Shown here: one piece after another, positions 58,331-64,000 of the stretch
Numbering within the stretch: position 1 is the stretch's first letter
Layout of the letters: every line of letters starts with the position of its first letter
DNA from: a bacterium
GTDB taxonomy: Bacteria > Patescibacteriota > Minisyncoccia > Minisyncoccales > GWA2-46-15
Assembly: GCA_030704795.1 (NCBI GenBank)
Contig: JAUYCZ010000003.1
Coordinates: forward strand, 2,412 to 66,411
Direction: 5' to 3'
Length of the DNA stretch: 64,000 nucleotides
The notes under the pieces: model-generated
The model's database searches: none
Seen by the model: the letters and a program-made list of their open reading frames with translations, nothing else
What the model was told of the DNA's origin: nothing
Made by a program: the position numbers and the translations under genes

Positions 58331-59155
58331 ATGCTGATTGATACACACTGCCATTTAAATTTTCGGGCCTTCAAAGACGATGCCGACGAAACCATTCGCC
58401 GGTCTTTAGATAATGACATTTGGGTCATCAACGTCGGTTCTCAATTAGAAACAAGCCAAAGAGCGATTGAGTTGGCAGAGAAATATCCAGAAGGAGTTTA
58501 CGCCGTTGTCGGTCTTCACCCTATTCACGTCACCGGCAGTTTAATGAAAAATAAGCTTGATCCGGAAGAATTAATAGTTCAGGAAGGCATGAAAGAGTTC
58601 AATATCGATGACTATCGTCGATTGGCGGCTTCTCCCAAGGTCGTAGCCATCGGCGAAATCGGCCTAGATTATTATTACAAACCCAAAACTAAAATCAGGT
58701 TAGAGGAATTCAAATACCTCCAGAAGCAAGTTCTCCTTGAACAAATTGATTTGGCCAAGGAACTGAATTTGCCCATCGCTTTTCATTGCCGGTCCGCCCA
58801 CGGGGACTTAATCGAAATCTTAAAAACACAAAAAGCAAAAGGAGTGATTCACTGCTTTACGGGAACCTGGCCGCAGGCGCAGGAATACTTAAATATGGAA
58901 TTATATCTTGGTTTTAACGGCATTATTTTTAAGCAGATTGCCGGCATCGATTGGCAAGAAATCATTACTAAAACGCCATTGGAAAAGATTCTGATGGAAA
59001 CAGACGCTCCTTATTTAGGTAAATCAGCGAATCTCCGGAACGAGCCGTTGTTCGTGAAGGAGGTTGTCAAGGAAATTGCCAAAATCAAGAATTTAAGCTA
59101 CCAAGAAGTATCGGAAATTACTACCCAAAACGCTAAAAAACTGTTTAATCTATGA
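58331..59155 (+). CDS. tatD: TatD-family metal-dependent hydrolase
   Basis: MLIDTHCHLNF, GEIGLDYYY, ETDAPYL. Confidence 0.85.
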   Translation: MLIDTHCHLNFRAFKDDADETIRRSLDNDIWVINVGSQLETSQRAIELAEKYPEGVYAVVGLHPIHVTGSLMKNKLDPEELIVQEGMKEFNIDDYRRLAASPKVVAIGEIGLDYYYKPKTKIRLEEFKYLQKQVLLEQIDLAKELNLPIAFHCRSAHGDLIEILKTQKAKGVIHCFTGTWPQAQEYLNMELYLGFNGIIFKQIAGIDWQEIITKTPLEKILMETDAPYLGKSANLRNEPLFVKEVVKEIAKIKNLSYQEVSEITTQNAKKLFNL

Positions 59156-61578
59156 AGCCTTACAAGCCCCAAGAGATTGAGCCAAAGTGGCAGGAAAAGT
59201 GGGCCGAGAAAAAAATCTATCAGGCCAAAGACTTTGACCCCAAGCCCAAGTTTTACACTTTGATCGAGTTTCCCTACCCGTCGGGCGCTGGCCTGCACGT
59301 GGGCCATGCCCGATCTTGGTCAGCCATGGATGCTTTCTCTCGGAAAAAGAGGATGGAGGGTTTTAATGTTCTCTATCCGATCGGCTGGGATGCTTTTGGC
59401 TTGCCGGCCGAAAACTATGCCCTAAAAATGGGGCAACATCCTTCCCAGACCGTGGCGGAAAACATCGCCCGTTTCAAGAAACAGTGTCAGGATCTGGGCC
59501 TATCCTTTGATTGGTCTAGAGAAATCAATACGACCGATCCTAAATATTATAAGTGGACTCAGTGGATCTTCTTGCAATTGCTAGAAAAAGGTTTGGCCTA
59601 TCGAGCCAAAACGCCGGTTAATTGGTGTCCGGTTTGCAAGACGACTTTGGCCGATGAAGAAGTTTTGGCTGATGGCCTACACGAAAGATGCGGCCAGCCG
59701 ACGGAAAAAAGACAGCAGGAACAATGGTTGCTAAGGATTACCCAGTACGCCCAGCGCCTTTTAGATGATTTGGGTCTAGTTGATTACTCGCCCAAAATCG
59801 CTATCCAGCAAGTGAATTGGATCGGTAAAAAAGAAGGCATCAACATCGTCTATGAAATCGAAAAGATGGAAGAAAAAGTAACTGTTTTCACCACTCGGCC
59901 GGACACGAATTTTGGCGCGACTTTTATTGTCTTGGCGCCGGAGCATCCGCTCGTTGAAAAAATCGTCGTTGAAGAATACAGAGAAAAGGCGTTAAATTAT
60001 GTCGCGGCGGCCAAGGCAAAAACCGAAGAGGAAAGAATCAGCCAAGGCCGCAAAAAAACAGGCGTTTTTACCGGTTGTTATGCCTTAAATCCCCTGACCA
60101 ATTTGCGCATGCCGATCTGGGTGTCTGATTTTGCCTTGATGAGCTTTGGCACGGGTGCGGTTGTCGGCGTCCCCGGCCACGACCTTCGTGATTTTGAATT
60201 TGCTAAAGAATTCGACTTAAAAATCATCCGCGTCGTTGTCGGCCCGGACGGCGACGCTTCGGAGATTCTTAAACCAGAACAAGTCCAAGAGCAAGAGGGG
60301 GAGATGGTCAATTCTGATTTTCTGAACGGCTTGAGTATCGCCGTCGCGACAAAGAAAATGATGAATTACATTGAACAAAAAGGGTGGGGCGGGAGGCAGA
60401 CAATTTTTCATTTGCGGGACTGGGTTTTTTCCCGGCAGCATTATTGGGGCGAACCCATTCCGATCGTCCATTGTCCAAAATGCGGTATCGTGCCGGTGCC
60501 GAAAAAAGACCTGCCCGTAGAATTGCCTTTTGTGGAAAGATACGAGCCATCGGGCACGGGCGAGTCGCCCCTGGCCAAGATGACAGACTGGGTCAATGTC
60601 AAATGCCCAGAGTGTCAGAGCCCGGCCAAGAGAGAAACCGATACCATGCCGAACTGGGCCGGATCCAACTGGTATTTTCTGCGTTATTTAGACCCGGATA
60701 ATGAAAAGGAGCTGAGCTCCTTAAGTAAAATGAAATACTGGATGCCAGTTGATATTTATCAGGGCGGGTTTGAACATACGACTCTGCACCTTTTGTATTC
60801 CCGTTTCATTCACAAGTTTTTGTATGACATCGGCGCTGTTTCGACTTCCGAGCCCTATGCCAAGAGAAGATCGCACGGCATTGTTTTGGGTCCGGACAAC
60901 CGCAAAATGTCCAAGTCTTTTGGCAATGTCGTCAATCCGGACGAGATCGTTTTAAAGTACGGCGCCGATACCCTCAGGCTTTATGAAATGTTTATGGGAC
61001 CGTTTGACCAAACTACTGCCTGGAGCGAAAAGGGTTTGCAGGGTTGCTCCCGGTTTTTGAACCGGGCCTGGCGGCTTTTTCAAGAGAACGTCAGAGAAGA
61101 GGAAACCCCAGGTCATCTTTTAAAAAAGCTTCACCAGACCATCAAAAAAGTTACCCAGGATTTAGAGGAGTTGAAATTTAATACCCTAGTGGCGGCGCTG
61201 ATGGAATTCATCAACGACTGGAGCGACAGCTATTTATCCCAGAAAGATGCCGAACTGTTTACGCAGATTCTGGCGCCGGCCGCTCCCCATATCGCCGAAG
61301 AGATTTGGTGTGAGGTCTTGGGAAAAGAATTCTCCATTCATCAGACCGGCTGGCCTCAATATGATGAAAAGCAGATGATTGAAGAAATGACCACAATAAT
61401 AATTCAGGTTAATGGAAGGGTGAGAGGAGAAGTAAAAATAAAAGATCAAATATCAAAAATAAAAAATGAAGTTGAAAACGAAGCGAAAACGAACGAGCGG
61501 GTGGTGAAATATTTACAAGGGAAGAAAATTAAAAAAACCGTGTTTGTTCCCGGCCGGCTGATTAATTTCGTTGTTTAA
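59152..61578 (+). CDS. leuS: Leucyl-tRNA synthetase
   Basis: PYPSGAGLHVGHA (HIGH), KMSKS, CP1 editing domain, 808 aa. Confidence 0.95.
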   Translation: MKPYKPQEIEPKWQEKWAEKKIYQAKDFDPKPKFYTLIEFPYPSGAGLHVGHARSWSAMDAFSRKKRMEGFNVLYPIGWDAFGLPAENYALKMGQHPSQTVAENIARFKKQCQDLGLSFDWSREINTTDPKYYKWTQWIFLQLLEKGLAYRAKTPVNWCPVCKTTLADEEVLADGLHERCGQPTEKRQQEQWLLRITQYAQRLLDDLGLVDYSPKIAIQQVNWIGKKEGINIVYEIEKMEEKVTVFTTRPDTNFGATFIVLAPEHPLVEKIVVEEYREKALNYVAAAKAKTEEERISQGRKKTGVFTGCYALNPLTNLRMPIWVSDFALMSFGTGAVVGVPGHDLRDFEFAKEFDLKIIRVVVGPDGDASEILKPEQVQEQEGEMVNSDFLNGLSIAVATKKMMNYIEQKGWGGRQTIFHLRDWVFSRQHYWGEPIPIVHCPKCGIVPVPKKDLPVELPFVERYEPSGTGESPLAKMTDWVNVKCPECQSPAKRETDTMPNWAGSNWYFLRYLDPDNEKELSSLSKMKYWMPVDIYQGGFEHTTLHLLYSRFIHKFLYDIGAVSTSEPYAKRRSHGIVLGPDNRKMSKSFGNVVNPDEIVLKYGADTLRLYEMFMGPFDQTTAWSEKGLQGCSRFLNRAWRLFQENVREEETPGHLLKKLHQTIKKVTQDLEELKFNTLVAALMEFINDWSDSYLSQKDAELFTQILAPAAPHIAEEIWCEVLGKEFSIHQTGWPQYDEKQMIEEMTTIIIQVNGRVRGEVKIKDQISKIKNEVENEAKTNERVVKYLQGKKIKKTVFVPGRLINFVV

Positions 61579-61580
61579 AT

Positions 61581-62849
61581 TCAGTTTTCGGAGACTCTCT
61601 CGATTTCGGCGCCGAGCAATTTTAGCTTCTCTTCAATATTCTCGTAACCGCGGTCAACTTGATTAGCGCCGGTGACAATTGTCTGGCCCCGGGCCATGAG
61701 ACCGGCCAAGATCAGAGCGGCGCCGCAGCGAATGTCCGTGCCGTCAACTCGGGTGCCCAAGAGTCGGGTCGGGCCGAAAATCAAGGCGCGATGGGGATCG
61801 GTGATTTCAATGTCGGCGCCCATTTTGCGCAGTTCGTGCAAATGCGAGAAACGATTTTCGTAAAGAGGATCATGAACCAGGCTTTTGCCTTCCGCTTGAG
61901 CCAGGAGAGCGCAAGCTTGCGGCTGGAGATCAGTCGGGAAGCCCGGATGGGGGAGAACTTGGATTCGGGCGGCCTGGAACTTCTTTGATTTTTCGACCCA
62001 GATATTTTTTCCTTGAATCTTAAAGTTGACACCAATTTCTTTCATTTTCTCCAAAAAGAAAGTCAGGTGGTCGGGATCGACGTTTCTTATTTTGCCTTGC
62101 CCGCCGGTCAAGGCCAGGGCGATTAAAAAAGTGCCGGCTTCAATATAGTCTGGAGGGACAATATGCCTTGTTCCACCGAGTTTCTTAGCGCCTTCGATCT
62201 GAATCGTATGGGTTCCCTCTCCCTCAATCTTCAATCCCATCTTTTTCAAAAAGACTCCTAATGCCTGGACATGAGGTTCGGCGGCGGCAATTTCAATCTT
62301 GCTCTGGCCGTGGGCCAGAGCCGCGGCCATCATGACGTTTTCCGTGGCCGTGACGCTAAATTCTCTTAAGACGATTTTAGTTCCTTTTAGGGTTTTGGGT
62401 CTTTCAAAGCGGTAGAATTGACCACTGTTTTCTACCTTGGCGCCGAGCCCAACCAATCCTTCTAGGTGCGTGGTGATCGGCCGGAGTCCGATTTTGTCTC
62501 CGCCGGGATGAGGGATTTTAAAAGAAGTAAAGCGGGAAAAAAGAGGGCCCAATAAGAGGACGGACATTCTCGCTTTTTCAAAGAGTTCGGCCGGAATCTT
62601 TTCCGGGTTCAGATCTTTGGCTTTGATTCTCACTCTTTTTTCGCTGAGCCATTTCACCTCGGCCCCCATGGTTTTAATGATTTCCACCAAGTTGAGGACG
62701 TCGCTGATCCCGGGGATATTAGAAATCTCGCATTCTTTTTCGGTTAAAAGAGTGGCCGCCAAGAGCGAACCAGCCGCGTTTTTGGAACCACTAATTAAAA
62801 CTTCGCCCTTGAGGGCCTTTCCGCCTTTGATGAGAAATTTGTCGGGCAT
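61581..62849 (-). CDS. murA: UDP-N-acetylglucosamine 1-carboxyvinyltransferase
   Basis: ISGSKNAA and the active-site region of the enolpyruvyl transferase fold; 422 aa. Confidence 0.92.
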   Translation of the reverse strand: MPDKFLIKGGKALKGEVLISGSKNAAGSLLAATLLTEKECEISNIPGISDVLNLVEIIKTMGAEVKWLSEKRVRIKAKDLNPEKIPAELFEKARMSVLLLGPLFSRFTSFKIPHPGGDKIGLRPITTHLEGLVGLGAKVENSGQFYRFERPKTLKGTKIVLREFSVTATENVMMAAALAHGQSKIEIAAAEPHVQALGVFLKKMGLKIEGEGTHTIQIEGAKKLGGTRHIVPPDYIEAGTFLIALALTGGQGKIRNVDPDHLTFFLEKMKEIGVNFKIQGKNIWVEKSKKFQAARIQVLPHPGFPTDLQPQACALLAQAEGKSLVHDPLYENRFSHLHELRKMGADIEITDPHRALIFGPTRLLGTRVDGTDIRCGAALILAGLMARGQTIVTGANQVDRGYENIEEKLKLLGAEIERVSEN

Positions 62850-62908
62850 ATTTTTGATCTAAAGGTTAAACTTTGCTCATCTTCTACTTTATGATAGAAA
62901 GAGAAAGA

Positions 62909-63877
62909 ATGTCAAAGAGGATTAAACAAAAACATATTGTCTGTTTGGGCGGCGGCAACGCCATGCCCAAGGCGGTTTTATCCGGCCTCAAGAAATATCC
63001 GGTCAAAATCTCGGCGGTTTGCGCTATGCTCGATACGGGCGGTTCAGCCGGCCGATTGCGGCGCGACTACAAGATCGTTTCCCCCGGAGATATCCGTCGG
63101 GCTTTTCTGGCCTTGGCCAACACCTCTCCGATTATCGAACACTTATTCAATTATCGTTTTGAAAACGGCCAGCTCAAAGGACACAACCTGGCCAATCTTT
63201 TTATTACGGCCTTGGAGCTGGCCACCAATGACTATCAAAAGGTTCTTTCCGAGATGAGTAAGTTTTTGAATGTTTCCCACCAGGTTTTACCCGTCACCTT
63301 AGAGAAATCAACTCTTTTTGCGGTTTTGGAGAACGGGAAAATCATTGCCGGAGAAACCAATATCGATAAACCCAAGCACAACGGACGTCTAAAAATCAAA
63401 AGGGTCTTCTTGAGACCTCCGGTCAAGGCCTACAAGCCCGCTTTAAAAGCCATTAAGGAAGCCGATTTAATTGTCATTGGGCCGGGCGATCTGTATTCTT
63501 CTCTGGCCCAGATTCTTTTGGCTAAAGGAATTTCTGAAACGATTAAGAAAAGCAAAGCGAAAACAGTCTATATTTGCAACCTGGCCACTAAATACGGCGA
63601 GACCAATGATTTCTCCGTTCAGAAGTTCAGCGATGAGATCGAAAAGTATCTCGGTCAAAAGCTCGACTACGTCGTCTACAATAACAATTTTGTTCCGGTT
63701 GGCTCGAGGGTAAAAAAATATTTCGACCGGCATCCCGAATTAATTTCCCTGGTCAGGGTTGATCCCGGCCTGCCGCGAGAAAAGTTCCTGGGCCGCAATC
63801 TCTTACCCGATCGAGGTTTGATCGAACACGATTCCGGGAAATTAACTAAGATCATCATCGGCCTATGCAAGCGGTAA
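62909..63877 (+). CDS. YvcK/CofD-like (UPF0052) protein
   Basis: Start at ATG 62909: IVCLGGGNAMPKAVLSGLK, GPGDLYSSL. Confidence 0.75.
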   Translation: MSKRIKQKHIVCLGGGNAMPKAVLSGLKKYPVKISAVCAMLDTGGSAGRLRRDYKIVSPGDIRRAFLALANTSPIIEHLFNYRFENGQLKGHNLANLFITALELATNDYQKVLSEMSKFLNVSHQVLPVTLEKSTLFAVLENGKIIAGETNIDKPKHNGRLKIKRVFLRPPVKAYKPALKAIKEADLIVIGPGDLYSSLAQILLAKGISETIKKSKAKTVYICNLATKYGETNDFSVQKFSDEIEKYLGQKLDYVVYNNNFVPVGSRVKKYFDRHPELISLVRVDPGLPREKFLGRNLLPDRGLIEHDSGKLTKIIIGLCKR

Positions 63878-64000
63878 TTCTGGCGGCCGGCGAATCCTCG
63901 CGGTTCTGGCCGCTCAACGAAAAACACAAAACGCTAATTAAAATCTGCGGCCGGCCGCTGATCGGTTCTCTGATCGAGGAACTGAAGAAGTCCGGGTTGA
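63865..64000 (+). CDS. Sugar-phosphate nucleotidyltransferase, N-terminal fragment (continues beyond the window)
   Basis: MQAVILAAGESSRFWPL... (the G-x-G-x-R nucleotidyltransferase signature). Overlaps the upstream stop by 13 nt. Confidence 0.6.
   Translation, partial: MQAVILAAGESSRFWPLNEKHKTLIKICGRPLIGSLIEELKKSGL

Noticed and set aside
1-64000. Alternative genetic code (UGA = Gly, code 25, as in some CPR lineages)
   Set aside because: All conserved genes are full length under the standard code. TGA terminates several of them at the expected ends (for example VirB4-like at 1029-1031 and Elp3 at 29841-29843). I saw no in-frame TGA in conserved genes.

Overview
Gene-dense bacterial chromosome segment using the standard code (TGA is a stop; conserved genes are uninterrupted). 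It spans the replication-origin neighbourhood: rpmH-rnpA-yidC-jag on the minus strand, dnaA-dnaN on the plus strand. Housekeeping content includes five aaRS genes (argS, ileS, glyQS, metG, leuS), ribosomal proteins (rpmH, rpsT, rplT, rpmI), infC, smpB plus tmRNA, uvrB, ruvC, recO, holA, murA, a murE-like ligase, a PBP1A-type protein, rtcB and PolX. The tiny spacers and overlapping stops, T4SS-type pilin modules, LTD protein, free-standing LAGLIDADG gene, bacterial Elp3 and CxxC mini-protein suggest a CPR/Patescibacteria (Parcubacteria-like) genome; that placement is inference only. Four genes absent from the ORF track were found by hand: rpmH, rpmI, tmRNA (ssrA) and tRNA-Arg(CCG). A 58-aa Zn-ribbon gene and an ATT-initiated N-terminal extension of infC were also recovered. 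The most interesting observations follow. (1) A 27-codon leader ORF with seven consecutive Phe/Tyr codons sits in a 1:2 / 2:3 / 3:4 hairpin arrangement ending in an intrinsic terminator, directly upstream of an ICL/PEPM-family gene and ilvE, so it is a candidate ribosome-mediated attenuator. (2) A VirB4-ATPase locus at the window start has two VirB2/TrbC-like pilin modules fused to an M23 peptidase and to a beta/gamma-crystallin-like domain, plus a protein with about 30 Cys. (3) A divergent Elp3 / Trm9-like pair looks like a eukaryote/archaea-type mcm5U34 pathway. (4) A mosaic family of short hairpin repeats is scattered through operon spacers. (5) There are several structured intergenic elements and a RAYT/IS200-like element beside the tRNA. 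No CRISPR array, cas genes, rRNA or prophage were seen. All structures and motifs were read by eye; nothing was computed or searched.
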